A stretch of 64,000 nucleotides of DNA from a virus: IMG/VR virus record IMGVR_UViG_3300009788_000006, positions 1 through 64,000 of that record; one strand, given 5' to 3'. Positions 35,035-44,373 of the stretch are shown here, piece by piece (positions within the stretch are counted from its first letter, which is position 1; every line of letters starts with the position of its first letter). The notes under the pieces were generated by a model. It made no database searches, was not told the DNA's origin, and saw nothing but the letters and a program-made list of their open reading frames with translations. Position numbers and translations under genes: made by a program.

Positions 35035-36488
35035 GCCGGAACCTCCATTCCCTGGGTGTAAATGTCTGGTTGACTGACGCCCTCGGCGTCGTTCATATAA
35101 CCGACCAGCTTTCCGAACATGTAATCGGCGCGCTTCTGCTTTGCGAGAAGATTGGACAGAACTCGCGACTCCCCGGAGGTGGTGATCAGGTCCACGATGA
35201 CCTCATGCGCCTGACCGAAGCGCCAACATCTGCGGATCGCCTGGTACCACGCCTCGAAGGAATTCATGGCGCCGAGGAAAACCATCCGGTGACAGTTCTG
35301 AAGATTGAGCCCCCACGCGCAGATTTTCGGCTTGGTGATCAGGACGCGGATCTCTCCGTGCTCAAATGCCAGGATCGCCGCTTCCTTCTGGATGTGGATG
35401 TCACCCTTTGGAGCTCGCCATGCAACCGTGCTTCCATACCGAACCGCCTGGCCGGCTACTTCGACAGCGCCAGGAATTACCTGGACAAGGTGTTCTCCTT
35501 CGGGGTTCAGCTCGCACCAGATGATCGCCTGCTCTTTGTGGTCGGTGAGCTCGGCCGCCTTATCGCACCGTGCCACCATTGTTGTGCGGCGCTCCGCCCG
35601 TTGCTCACTCACCCCGCGGGCTTGGGGTGGAATAAGCAAACGCTGGCCGTCCCCATCGATCAAGGGCTTTTCACACTTGACGCCGTGCTCTCGCTGTATC
35701 AGTCCTGGCAGCTCATAGAGGTGGTCTTCATGCGGAAATCCGAGTTCGCCAGGCTTGCGGGCGCTCCGCGACCAGCTCGAAACGAATTTCCAGAACGGCT
35801 CTTCGGCGTGACCGCGAAAGCGCCACCCTTGAGCGTGCATGTCGGCTCTGCCGCTGTGCCGTTGTCCCTTTGACCATCGCGCGATTGTCGGCCCGTCGAC
35901 TTGTCGGAAGAAGCGTTCCTTGACCTGATCTTCGCGCAGTCGCCCCAGCGCCTCAGAGAAAGTGCCGAGCTCGATAAACGCGTTTGGCGCCGGCGTCCCG
36001 CTGTAGAGCGATCGATACCGGACCCGGTTCATCATTCTTTGGATTAGGCGGCGTGTCTTACCGATCACGTTCTTGAGGACGGATCCTTCATCGATCAGAA
36101 TGCCGACGAATGCGCTGGCGTCGAAGTGCTGGAGACGCTGGAAGTTCGTGACCACCACGCGGGGGCCTGGCGGGTACTTGCCGTCGATAGAGCGGACCGC
36201 GTCAATGCCGAACTTCTCGGCCTCAAGAATCGTTTGGTGCGAAACGGCGAAAGGCGTTGCCAACAAAACAGGTTTGTTCGTGTGTCTTACGACATTATCC
36301 CCGACTGTGAGTTGTATTGCGCTCTTGCCCAAACCACATTCTATCAGGTTCGCCGCGCACCCCTCGGCGAGTGTCCACTCGACTAGATGATTCTGGAAGT
36401 CATAGAGGCAGTCCGGCATCCAGTAAGGGGCGAACCCGTCACCGGCCGGCAGTTGCAACTTGCGGGCTACGAAGTCCCGATAGCTCAT
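35025..36488 (-). CDS. SNF2-like SF2 helicase
   Basis: CGLGKS, LIDEGS, SGTPAPN, GLNLQ, QAIRRCWRFGQ. Confidence 0.9.
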   Translation of the reverse strand: MSYRDFVARKLQLPAGDGFAPYWMPDCLYDFQNHLVEWTLAEGCAANLIECGLGKSAIQLTVGDNVVRHTNKPVLLATPFAVSHQTILEAEKFGIDAVRSIDGKYPPGPRVVVTNFQRLQHFDASAFVGILIDEGSVLKNVIGKTRRLIQRMMNRVRYRSLYSGTPAPNAFIELGTFSEALGRLREDQVKERFFRQVDGPTIARWSKGQRHSGRADMHAQGWRFRGHAEEPFWKFVSSWSRSARKPGELGFPHEDHLYELPGLIQREHGVKCEKPLIDGDGQRLLIPPQARGVSEQRAERRTTMVARCDKAAELTDHKEQAIIWCELNPEGEHLVQVIPGAVEVAGQAVRYGSTVAWRAPKGDIHIQKEAAILAFEHGEIRVLITKPKICAWGLNLQNCHRMVFLGAMNSFEAWYQAIRRCWRFGQAHEVIVDLITTSGESRVLSNLLAKQKRADYMFGKLVGYMNDAEGVSQPDIYTQGMEVPAWL

Positions 36489-36997
36489 TGCCCGTCCGCT
36501 GAGGGCCGAGCCACCCGCTCATCGGGCCGCGACTTGATCACCGACCAGCGCCGAGCAACTACCGCTTGCCAGTCGAAACCAAGTCCGTCAATATCAGCGG
36601 CCAGCCCTTCGAAAACGTGAGTGGCAGCCCGCTCGAGCCCGTCGAGCACTTGCCGCAACGGCACTGCTCCAGCACCATCCTGCCCTGACTCGTGGATTAG
36701 CTGGCGGTCAAGATCTAGCGAAACCAGGCGGCAGAGAGCTACAGTAGTGACCAAAAAGCCATCCGCTTCGCACCTAACCGCTCTCCCGAGTCGACCGCAA
36801 TAAGCCGCCAACGCTATGAAAACGTCGGCCGCTTCCTCGGCCTTGAGAGGCGGAAGAGCAGCTGACAACATCTCGCCGAGCTCGCCGACCGCTTTCATTA
36901 GGGCGTGCTCCGGGAAGCACTCGAAGTGCTCCAGGTGCCAGGCGAGGACCTCGGCCTGAAACTCTGCAAGATCGACTGTGGTAGGCTTGGATTCCAT
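36485..36997 (-). CDS. MazG-like NTP pyrophosphohydrolase
   Basis: KAVGELGEM...EEAADVFIAL. Confidence 0.65.
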   Translation of the reverse strand: MESKPTTVDLAEFQAEVLAWHLEHFECFPEHALMKAVGELGEMLSAALPPLKAEEAADVFIALAAYCGRLGRAVRCEADGFLVTTVALCRLVSLDLDRQLIHESGQDGAGAVPLRQVLDGLERAATHVFEGLAADIDGLGFDWQAVVARRWSVIKSRPDERVARPSADGQ

Positions 36998-37086
36998 TTG
37001 GCAGCTCCTTTGCCGGTGGGTGGCGCCGTGGCGGTGACTCGTCTCGGCGCTCTTGTATTCTACCCGCTAGCGCAGTCGGTTGCAAG

Positions 37087-37479
37087 TCACCCCGACGGAC
37101 AAGCCAGGTCCCTGAGATCGCCCAGCAGCACTTCGCCGAAGCCGACCAGATCCTCGTCCTCCGGGGTCGTCCCCCAATACCAGAACACCTGATCCGGATC
37201 ACACTCGGCGGTCCCGTCCATGACCTGGAGCGCGAAGCCTAGGAGCTCGACCTCTCGCCGGGTCTTCATGCGGTCGTCATCGCGGCGGATGGCGATGAGC
37301 TGCTCCAGCCTATTCCGGTCCGGGACTTCGCCGCTATCGGCACCGCGGGCGCCGGCCAGGTCGAAGGGCTCCGTGTTGGCCGTCCAGGCGAAGCCCAGCA
37401 TTTCACCGACGGCGTCCGTCCAGCGGCGGAGTAGGACGATGCGGCGCTGGCCGCATCCGGGGGTAAGCGAGGTGGTCAT
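37087..37479 (-). CDS. hypothetical protein
   Basis: GGAG RBS; protein-like. Confidence 0.6.
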   Translation of the reverse strand: MTTSLTPGCGQRRIVLLRRWTDAVGEMLGFAWTANTEPFDLAGARGADSGEVPDRNRLEQLIAIRRDDDRMKTRREVELLGFALQVMDGTAECDPDQVFWYWGTTPEDEDLVGFGEVLLGDLRDLACPSG

Positions 37480-37683
37480 TCAGTAATTCTCCGATGAGGT
37501 AACGATCACCCGCAGCACCTCGGTAGCAGCGCTTACAAGGGCCGACGGGTGAGCCTTCGCCTGTCCGTAGAGATAGGCGCCAAGCTCGTCGAGCTCATCG
37601 TCAGATAGCTTCGGCAGCCAGGCAAGCGCAGAGGCGAGCTCTGAGGCGATAGCGGCGGGGAGGTTGTTGGGGTCGGGCATCAT
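37480..37683 (-). CDS. hypothetical protein
   Basis: GAGGAG RBS before MMPDP. Confidence 0.6.
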   Translation of the reverse strand: MMPDPNNLPAAIASELASALAWLPKLSDDELDELGAYLYGQAKAHPSALVSAATEVLRVIVTSSENY

Positions 37684-37694
37684 CTCAAATCTCC

Positions 37695-38279
37695 TCAGAT
37701 TCCGAACGCTGGATTGTTGTCGTCCTCGGCCCGGACGAAAGCGCCGTCGGCACGGTCGCGGGCGACCGAGGCGGCGAGGTTGCGGAATGCCTGGCTGGTA
37801 GGCTGGCCACAGTCCGCGCAGAAGCCGTTGACCGGTAGGTGGTTCCCTTGCTCGCACCCGGCGATCCGGCGGGCCAGCAGGACGCCTACTTTGCCGGCCG
37901 TTGGAGACTCGCGCCAACCCGCGAAGACGTCCACGTCCTCGAGCTGGTTCGTCGGATCGTTGATGAGCTCGGCCAGCGCCAGCAGGCCGTGATAGCAGAT
38001 TCCGTACCTACCGCTCTCGCACGGGCAGCTCAGGCGGTTCGCCCGGTTGCGGGTCGCGACCGTGACCGGGTAGGTCTTGGCGCTCCCCTTGACGGCGACT
38101 GTCCGGCAGCGGACCCCGAGTTTGAGAAGCAGATCCAACGTGGTGTTGGCGATCGAGTCCAGCGTGGCCGTCTCGGGCGTGCCGAGTGCGCCAACGAGTT
38201 CCGGGTGGTCTTCGGTTCGATCGCAGAGCGTCTTCAGAAGTTGCTCGAGGGCGCTGGCCTGGTTGGCGCTGATCTTCAT
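37695..38279 (-). CDS. SWIM zinc-finger protein
   Basis: GAGGAG RBS; VKGS..Y.V, SCPC...CYH. Confidence 0.75.
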   Translation of the reverse strand: MKISANQASALEQLLKTLCDRTEDHPELVGALGTPETATLDSIANTTLDLLLKLGVRCRTVAVKGSAKTYPVTVATRNRANRLSCPCESGRYGICYHGLLALAELINDPTNQLEDVDVFAGWRESPTAGKVGVLLARRIAGCEQGNHLPVNGFCADCGQPTSQAFRNLAASVARDRADGAFVRAEDDNNPAFGI

Positions 38280-38340
38280 GGTCGTCTCCTCGGTTGGTCG
38301 GTCTCCGTCAGCCCTCCGTGAGGACTCGCGGGGGCCGGTC

Positions 38341-38817
38341 AAGCGGATCGAGGTCGGGTAGCAGGGGCGGCCTTTCGGCCGGCCGTCTGCTAACTGAATT
38401 GAGCATCAAGAAGGTCGCGCCGTTCTAAGTACGGGCGGCCATTGTCGCGACAGAAGTCGCCGATCATCGACGGGAGTTTCGAGAATTCCCGCCAGTCTGC
38501 CGGTCTGTTGCCAGGGCGTCGCATCTTCAGTGCGTCCAGCGCACGATAGACTAGGGAATAATCGACCCGGTTGGCCTTGCGCCAAGCCTTGGTGACCATG
38601 TCAGCCCAGTAACTTGGCGCCTTCGTCCGTTTGATGATGGCGGCGAGCGCGTTCCCGGGCATGCCTTTCAGGGCTTGCTCGTCGACCGTGCCGTCCTCGC
38701 CAAGCAGAAGCGCGATACCCTCGGGAGTCATGTTCGTGATGTCGAAAGTCTGCATTGTGCTCTCCAGATTCGCAGGAGCGGTTGATCCCGCCCCTCCTAT
38801 CCGACCTCGATTCGTTC
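38341..38817. repeat. ~30-bp imperfect inverted repeat enclosing one gene
   Basis: 38341-38370 versus reverse complement of 38788-38817; core ATCGAGGTCGG(G/A)TAG(C/G)AGGGGCGG. Confidence 0.85.
38390..38755 (-). CDS. hypothetical protein
   Basis: GGAG RBS; 121 aa. Confidence 0.7.
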   Translation of the reverse strand: MQTFDITNMTPEGIALLLGEDGTVDEQALKGMPGNALAAIIKRTKAPSYWADMVTKAWRKANRVDYSLVYRALDALKMRRPGNRPADWREFSKLPSMIGDFCRDNGRPYLERRDLLDAQFS

Positions 38818-38923
38818 GTGGCCCTTATTCTCGCCTACCAAGACTCGAAGCATGGCTGCCGGCGGTTTCGGGTGAGTTGTCAAAGGGTTCTTTCTCGGTC
38901 GCCTATTAGAACTTGCAAACCCT

Positions 38924-39137
38924 ATGCCAGAATTATGAACACAGCCCCATGAAAGGTTGGTGGGCCTTAAACGTAAGCATGTCACCACTTACGCCGAATG
39001 CCGCCGGGCCAGAGGCCCGGGCCGCTGACCCGGAATGTCCAGAATTCCGTACATTGTATCCACAATTCTGGACACGGGCCGATAAGCGCTTACGGGTCAA
39101 CACTTACGAGCCCTTGATTTGTTCAGAATTCTGGATC
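38924..39137. promoter_or_regulatory. array of four operator-like 18-bp palindromes
   Basis: consensus TGTCCAGAATTCTGGACA; copies at 38924 (13/18), 39036 (16/18), 39057 (16/18), 39120 (15/18). Confidence 0.75.
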
Positions 39138-39337
39138 AGAGGTGAGTCGAGCGCGCGGAGTAGGTTGAGCACGGCCACGGCCGATCCGAGGTTGTCGCCC
39201 TGCTCCCAGGCCCACAGCCTGGTGCGGACGATGTCCAGGTCAACGGCAGCGGCCTTAGAGCTGCGCCCCGTCGCTTGTCGTAGGCTGCGGATGTGGGCGC
39301 CGAGGTCCTTGGGAGTGATGTCGTGGTGTGTTTTCAT
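39104..39337 (-). CDS. XRE/Cro-like HTH regulator
   Basis: LGAHIRSLRQATGRS...AAVDLDI.RT.LWAWEQG. Confidence 0.8.
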   Translation of the reverse strand: MKTHHDITPKDLGAHIRSLRQATGRSSKAAAVDLDIVRTRLWAWEQGDNLGSAVAVLNLLRALDSPLIQNSEQIKGS

Positions 39338-39380
39338 GGTCTCAGGTGATTGCAAACCGCGTGCCGCGGACGAAAGTCCA

Positions 39381-39659
39381 TCATTCATCGCGACCACGGA
39401 AACCGAACACCGAATCGGCGCCGACCAGCTCCTGCGGCGAGCCCAGCCTCGCCTCCAGATATTCGTGAGCACGGCAGAATGTTGCACCCCTCATTGGGCG
39501 GCAGCGACACTGCCTCAGAGTCCAACTCATTTCAAAGCCGCTCGGCGTCCTACCGGTCCTACGCAAGCAATCACGCTCCGCGACCTCGGCCGGACAGAAT
39601 CCCTCTTTCGGGTTATCTACACTGCTACAGGCGGACTCATATGGACCATAGATGCCCAT
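39381..39659 (-). CDS. small Cys-containing protein
   Basis: TGATG coupling; QCRCRP...FCRAH. Confidence 0.5.
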   Translation of the reverse strand: MGIYGPYESACSSVDNPKEGFCPAEVAERDCLRRTGRTPSGFEMSWTLRQCRCRPMRGATFCRAHEYLEARLGSPQELVGADSVFGFRGRDE

Positions 39660-39973
39660 CAGAGCTCCCTCGGCGGCTCTGGCCGCCGCGCCTCGGCCAG
39701 CGTCAGTGGCACGGAGAGCACGGAAGCTTTCCGCCGACACATCTCGGTGAACATCGCGTCGAAGAGACCGCCGGGAAGATGGGTAGCAAGGGCGTCAACA
39801 ACCTCGGCCGCTTTGCCATGATAGGCACCGCGAGCGAAATCCCCCGGGCGGTCCCCCTGCCACAGATCCGGATCGGGGACTTCTTCGTCGAAGCGCAAGA
39901 TCAGGTTCGCGGGCTCAGGGTCGCCGGGGAGCTGCTGGGCTTTCCAGCTATGTAGCTCGTGAGTCTCGGTCAT
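39659..39973 (-). CDS. hypothetical protein
   Basis: AAGGAG RBS. Confidence 0.65.
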   Translation of the reverse strand: MTETHELHSWKAQQLPGDPEPANLILRFDEEVPDPDLWQGDRPGDFARGAYHGKAAEVVDALATHLPGGLFDAMFTEMCRRKASVLSVPLTLAEARRPEPPREL

Positions 39974-40451
39974 TTGCTTCTCCTTTTGCTGCGCGGTCGG
40001 CTGCTTTCCACCACGCTCTGAATTCAGGGTCGGGGTCCGGGATCTGCCACTCCAACCGCTCGCGAGCTATCAGCCGGACACTTTCGACGTACTCGTAGAA
40101 GGCGGTCGAGTTGAGCTGGGCCGTGGACGGGTCGTCGATCACGGTTACCTTCCGGTCCATCACCACCTCTTGCCGGGCCGTAGTCGGCAGTAGCGTATCC
40201 CGGAAGTGCGCGTGGATCGCATCACAGGACGCGGCCGGCATGCCAGCGGCATCAAGCCCGCGCTGGAATTCTGGATAGACCAGGCCCCACAGGTAGGCAT
40301 TAGCTTGCAGGCTCCGGACCGGCGGGCTGATCGTGATCGCCACCGGGCGGCCGGCGTAGAGCTGGAGCTCGTCGTTGATCTGATCGACTGTCGACTGCGG
40401 AAGCTCGCCCTGGCCGCTGACGAGGCAGATCTTGGTGACCCGCTGGGGCAT
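39948..40451 (-). CDS. NinB/YbcN-like recombination protein
   Basis: RSLQANAYLWG, IHAHFR, STAQLNSTAFYEYVE, IPDPD. Confidence 0.7.
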   Translation of the reverse strand: MPQRVTKICLVSGQGELPQSTVDQINDELQLYAGRPVAITISPPVRSLQANAYLWGLVYPEFQRGLDAAGMPAASCDAIHAHFRDTLLPTTARQEVVMDRKVTVIDDPSTAQLNSTAFYEYVESVRLIARERLEWQIPDPDPEFRAWWKAADRAAKGEANDRDSRAT

Positions 40452-40813
40452 CAGACTACCGCCTCCGCTGCAACTTTCCCGCACTCTTCCTGGAGTGCAG
40501 AGATCCTGCCGAGCAGCTCGCGAACGTCTGTAACGGCCACCCCGAGGCGGCGCTCGATGTCCTCTCGCCACTCCCTGACGGCCTCGGGGTCTAATGGTCT
40601 CGGTGCGTGTCCGCGGCCGTGGCAGTCCTCACAGAGAGTCTCGAGCAGTCGCGGCGGCGTATCCCATGGATCTGAGCCGACGTAGCTTCGGTGGTGGACA
40701 TGCAGCGTCTTGTCCTCAGCCCCACACTGCCGGCATTTCCACTCGTCCCGGCTCATGACTTCGAGGCGGACCCGTTGCCACCTGGGATCGAGAAGCTTGT
40801 CGGCGTAGGTCAC
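40451..40813 (-). CDS. HNH endonuclease-like protein
   Basis: LLDPRWQRVR...RDEWKCRQC...LHVHH...LETLCEDCH. Confidence 0.85.
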   Translation of the reverse strand: MTYADKLLDPRWQRVRLEVMSRDEWKCRQCGAEDKTLHVHHRSYVGSDPWDTPPRLLETLCEDCHGRGHAPRPLDPEAVREWREDIERRLGVAVTDVRELLGRISALQEECGKVAAEAVV

Positions 40814-42129
40814 TGTCTCGGCTCCGGCTGCCGGGCGACATCTGCGAACCTCATCAGCTCTCCGATCCATCCTACGTGGCACGTTCCGGCCGGCACGCCG
40901 TCTCGATTCTTCCGGATGATAATTTCGGCAACTCCGGGATCTTCAGACTCGTCGACCACTGAGGTGATGAACGTCATCAGAACGACATCTGCATCCTGGC
41001 CAACCGCGCCGCTGTATTTGAGATGGACCAGTAGCGGCCGATCCGCCTTCTGCCCTTCGTTGGCCAGCTGGTGGAGAAGGACCACGGCCACGTCGAGCTC
41101 TTTGGCGGCCAGCTTGCAACGGCGGGCAATCCGGGAGATTCGAATCTCTTGATTTTCCTTCGGGTCGCTGGTCTCGATCAGGCTCAGATAGTCGATCGCC
41201 AGCACCTGTATCTCTCGCTCAGCCTTGAGCCGGCGAGCCCTGGCGATGATAGCGTCGATCGTCTGAATCGGAGTGTAATCGACCCAGAGCGGCATATTCA
41301 TCAGCGTATTCCGAGCCGCGTCGATCCGCTGGCGCTGATCGGCCGACAGCTGCGCTGTCTGGATCGACCGGTGAGGGATTCCGGTGACCTGAGACAATAG
41401 GCGTCCGGTGATCTGAGCTCTAGACATCTCGAGCGACACCATCGCGCACGGGTGGCCGGCGAGCGCCGCGGCGCGGAGCATTCCGAGCGCCAGCGATGTC
41501 TTGCCGTGACCGGTGATGCCGCCGATGACGTAGAGATGGCCGGGCAGTAGGCCGATGATCTCTTCGTCGAGGGCGTGGATGCCGGTAGAGATCCCGACCC
41601 TCTCTTCGGGTCCGCGGTCCAGCCTCAAGTCCTCGAAGCCGTCGGCCGCGTGGACATACTCGAAGCTTCGCGCGTCGGTCTCCAGATCGAGGAGCTCGGC
41701 GCCAGCCCTTCCGATCGTCTCCGATACGTCCGTACCGTTCTGGGCCGCGGCCGCAAGCCGGGAGCCCATTTCGATCAACTGCCGGCGGCGCCATCGGTCG
41801 AGGATGATCGTAGCGTAGCGCTCGAGCCCGCCGAGGTCGGGGAGGTCGAGATCAAGCCCGGCGAGGTAGGCCAAGCCGCCCACCTCTTCGAATTTCCCCG
41901 CGCGCTCGATCTCGGCTTGCAGTGTCCGGAGGTCGATGCCGCGGGCGCCCTCGGCATGCTCGACCCAGATATCCCACATTGCTCGCCAGATGATCTTGTG
42001 GCGGTTGGTGTAGAAGTGGCGCTCATCGAGATGGCCGGCGGCGATCGAGATATCTTCTGGGCGCAGAAGACAGCAGGCGAGCACGGCGCGCTCCGCCTCT
42101 TCGGCGTGGGGTAAGGATTCGGGATTCAT
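40810..42129 (-). CDS. dnaB: DnaB-like replicative helicase
   Basis: PHAEEAERAVL, GITGHGKT, SLEM, IDYL, SGAVGQDAD, IIRKNRDG. Confidence 0.95.
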   Translation of the reverse strand: MNPESLPHAEEAERAVLACCLLRPEDISIAAGHLDERHFYTNRHKIIWRAMWDIWVEHAEGARGIDLRTLQAEIERAGKFEEVGGLAYLAGLDLDLPDLGGLERYATIILDRWRRRQLIEMGSRLAAAAQNGTDVSETIGRAGAELLDLETDARSFEYVHAADGFEDLRLDRGPEERVGISTGIHALDEEIIGLLPGHLYVIGGITGHGKTSLALGMLRAAALAGHPCAMVSLEMSRAQITGRLLSQVTGIPHRSIQTAQLSADQRQRIDAARNTLMNMPLWVDYTPIQTIDAIIARARRLKAEREIQVLAIDYLSLIETSDPKENQEIRISRIARRCKLAAKELDVAVVLLHQLANEGQKADRPLLVHLKYSGAVGQDADVVLMTFITSVVDESEDPGVAEIIIRKNRDGVPAGTCHVGWIGELMRFADVARQPEPRQ

Positions 42130-43118
42130 ACCAGCGGCTCTGCCGCGAACTCCGGCGGCGGTTTACGGTCGGCAGTCGATGGTGGGCGGGCCTTTCGTCT
42201 CTCCGCGGCGCTCGGCGGTCGTTGCCGCGCGCCGAGAGAGGACTCGGCCATCCGGCCGGCCGTGCCGTCGGTGATCGCCCTATTCAGGATCTTGTTGACG
42301 TAGGCGGTTGATTTGGCGTCGCCGTTCTCGCAGATATACCGGAGGTCGGCCAGTAGCTTCTCGTGTGGAATCTTGGCGCGGCGGTACTTCGCCACCCACC
42401 CGCGGGCGCGGTCGGCGTCGGCCCGGTTCGGCATCCCGCTACCGCCGAGGAAAGACCCGGTCATCGGATCGCCACCCCCGGAGAGGACGGACAGGCACTC
42501 GGCGCCGCGTTCCATGTCCGTGAGCTTGGCGGAAAGATCGCGCGCGGGAGGCGCCGCTCCGGCTCCCTCTTCCTGCTCTTGTTCCTGATCCTGATCCTGC
42601 TCCTGAGTGCAGGCCCCGTCTAACGGGGCGTCTAACGGGGCGTCTAACGGGGCGTCTAACGCTCCCAGCAGGTAAGGGTAGGACGGTCCGTGGCGATCGA
42701 TAAAAGCGCGATAAAGGCCGCTTCCGTGCGCTTCCGCGAGCAACTGGCGCACGAGAGGCAGCCGCGAATCTTCCTTCTTGCCGTCATCGTGCCGCCGGGC
42801 TGGGTCTGCTCCGAACTCATGCCGGAATAAGTCCAGAACCCACACCCACTCCGTCTTCCGGTCGTACCGTATGAGGCCCCGTTCCCCCAGTAGAGACAGG
42901 GCGTCATACGCCCCGTCTAACGCCCAGTCTCGGTCCGCCATCACGTAGCCGACGGGAAGGAAGAACAACCCGATAGCGTTGCCGTGCGGGCAGCTCACCA
43001 GATAGCCGGCGAGGCTCTGGGCTCGAAGGTTCTGGATGTCTTCGCCGCGGATCGACCGGCCGAAAGAGCCGGTGTGGAGACGTGGACCGACCTTGCAGTA
43101 GGGTCTACCTCTCGCCAT
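42126..43118 (-). CDS. replication initiator (lambda O-like position)
   Basis: YLVSCPHGNAIGLF winged-helix-type N-terminus, QEQDQDQEQEQE linker, internal tandem repeats, upstream of dnaB. Confidence 0.75.
   Translation of the reverse strand: MARGRPYCKVGPRLHTGSFGRSIRGEDIQNLRAQSLAGYLVSCPHGNAIGLFFLPVGYVMADRDWALDGAYDALSLLGERGLIRYDRKTEWVWVLDLFRHEFGADPARRHDDGKKEDSRLPLVRQLLAEAHGSGLYRAFIDRHGPSYPYLLGALDAPLDAPLDAPLDGACTQEQDQDQEQEQEEGAGAAPPARDLSAKLTDMERGAECLSVLSGGGDPMTGSFLGGSGMPNRADADRARGWVAKYRRAKIPHEKLLADLRYICENGDAKSTAYVNKILNRAITDGTAGRMAESSLGARQRPPSAAERRKARPPSTADRKPPPEFAAEPLV
42617..42661. repeat. 12-bp tandem repeat x4, candidate origin iterons
   Basis: CGTCTAACG(GGG) at 42617, 42629, 42641, 42653; extra core at 42914-42922. 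Confidence 0.85.
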
Positions 43119-43122
43119 TGGT

Positions 43123-43416
43123 TCAACTCGCGGACGGAATGCTGTACAGCATCGGTTTCCTGCCGGGCTGGTCCTCCCGGTCGAGAAGCCCTATTTCCCA
43201 CAATCTGCCGAGTCGCATAGCCGCTGCGGTCCTACTGAGACCGAGTCGCTGGGCAAGATCCCCCGTTGTCCTCGCACCCGTCTTGACCGCGTCGAGGGTT
43301 TCTTGGGTCGTCGCGCGCTCCTCGACTGACCGAAAACCCATCTTGCGCGAGCAGACTTCAAACGCTCTTTGAGTATCCATAACGCCGAGAATATCCCGTC
43401 TTGTAACGTCTGTCAA
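43123..43416 (-). CDS. winged-HTH protein
   Basis: TTGDLAQRLGLSRTAAAMRLGRLWEIGLL. Confidence 0.75.
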   Translation of the reverse strand: MTDVTRRDILGVMDTQRAFEVCSRKMGFRSVEERATTQETLDAVKTGARTTGDLAQRLGLSRTAAAMRLGRLWEIGLLDREDQPGRKPMLYSIPSAS

Positions 43417-43432
43417 GAGGCTAAGTGACCCA

Positions 43433-43618
43433 TTACCCTCCAGTGATCACCGCCGACTTGAAAGGCCGGTAGCTCCTCGCCGCCGTCAGCGCTTTCGCCG
43501 CCGCCTTCATGCTTGAGAACCTCTTCGCGTCCGCTTCGGTCAGCGTCTGGCCAGGGACCCGTCTTCCGTGCAGCGGCGCCAGCCAGACACCGGGCTCGAG
43601 CTCGACGATGTAGCTCAC
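43433..43618 (-). CDS. hypothetical protein
   Basis: GAGG RBS plus GTG; YIVELEPGVWLA motif. Confidence 0.65.
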   Translation of the reverse strand: MSYIVELEPGVWLAPLHGRRVPGQTLTEADAKRFSSMKAAAKALTAARSYRPFKSAVITGG

Positions 43619-43839
43619 GGCGCCACCTCGGCCGTTGCCGCCGGCGTCGCTGGGCGGTCCAGTCGGGCGAGCCGACGAATCTCCTGGTTGCATCGCCAGG
43701 CTTCCCACTCTTTGCAGTGGGCCTCGTAGACGGCGAGCGCTCGCTCGATAACGGCGCCGTGGCTGCGCCCTTGGTCGGCGGCGATCCTGGATAGGACACC
43801 GTGCGCCGACTCGGGGATTCTGACTTGCTTGGTGCTCAT
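43615..43839 (-). CDS. ribbon-helix-helix protein, leaderless
   Basis: KQVRIPE..H..L..IA...GRS...VIERAL. Confidence 0.7.
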   Translation of the reverse strand: MSTKQVRIPESAHGVLSRIAADQGRSHGAVIERALAVYEAHCKEWEAWRCNQEIRRLARLDRPATPAATAEVAP

Positions 43840-43845
43840 CCTCAT

Positions 43846-43874
43846 AGCGTATTCCTATGTCGGCCAGTTGTCAA
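43846..43874 (-). promoter_or_regulatory. sigma70-type promoter
   Basis: TTGACA-17-TACGCT, ATG 6 nt downstream. Confidence 0.75.
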
Positions 43875-44158
43875 CCGTTTCGGATTCCGGCAGCGGTTTT
43901 TTTACCGGTCCCGAACTTGATCTCGGCCATCGGCTCGCCGAGGTAGTTCAGCGTGTCGGCGTAGGGCACGAGATATCTCAGGCGCTCGGTCCGGTAGACC
44001 CAGCCGTACCCCCGGCCTCGGTACCACCGCATGACCAGCACGTCCCCGTCGATGATCGCCCGGACTTCGTAGGGTAGCCGGGGCACCCCGAAGCGCAGCC
44101 GGTCGCCCGGCCGGATCTTGTCGACGTCGGAGGCGGTGAGCTGGCGATAGGTGGCCAT
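43871..44158 (-). CDS. hypothetical protein
   Basis: TGATG coupling. Confidence 0.55.
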   Translation of the reverse strand: MATYRQLTASDVDKIRPGDRLRFGVPRLPYEVRAIIDGDVLVMRWYRGRGYGWVYRTERLRYLVPYADTLNYLGEPMAEIKFGTGKKTAAGIRNG

Positions 44159-44373
44159 CAGGCCAAGGGGTAGACATAATCAGGACCCTCGGCTCCGCAT
44201 GCTGGGCAGACTACCCGGGCGGAGCAAGGCACGCCGACAGCGAAATGCGTCACCGGATCTTCGACAAGCCGCGGCTCATAGCCGCAAAACGGGCAACGCC
44301 GAAGAGCGGTCAGATCGCGAAGACGGTCGGCCTCTGCTTTCTTTGCCGCCAAGAGCTGGGCGATGCCGATCAT
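44158..44373 (-). CDS. Lar-like zinc-ribbon protein
   Basis: LRRCPFCG...VVCPACGAEGP. Confidence 0.65.
   Translation of the reverse strand: MIGIAQLLAAKKAEADRLRDLTALRRCPFCGYEPRLVEDPVTHFAVGVPCSARVVCPACGAEGPDYVYPLA

Noticed and set aside
38913-39955. Plus-strand ORFs of 302 and 201 aa
   Set aside because: Shadows over coupled minus-strand genes and the operator region
42617-42661. CRISPR or DGR interpretation of repeats in the window
   Set aside because: No repeat-spacer periodicity, cas genes, reverse transcriptase or adenine-specific TR/VR pair seen
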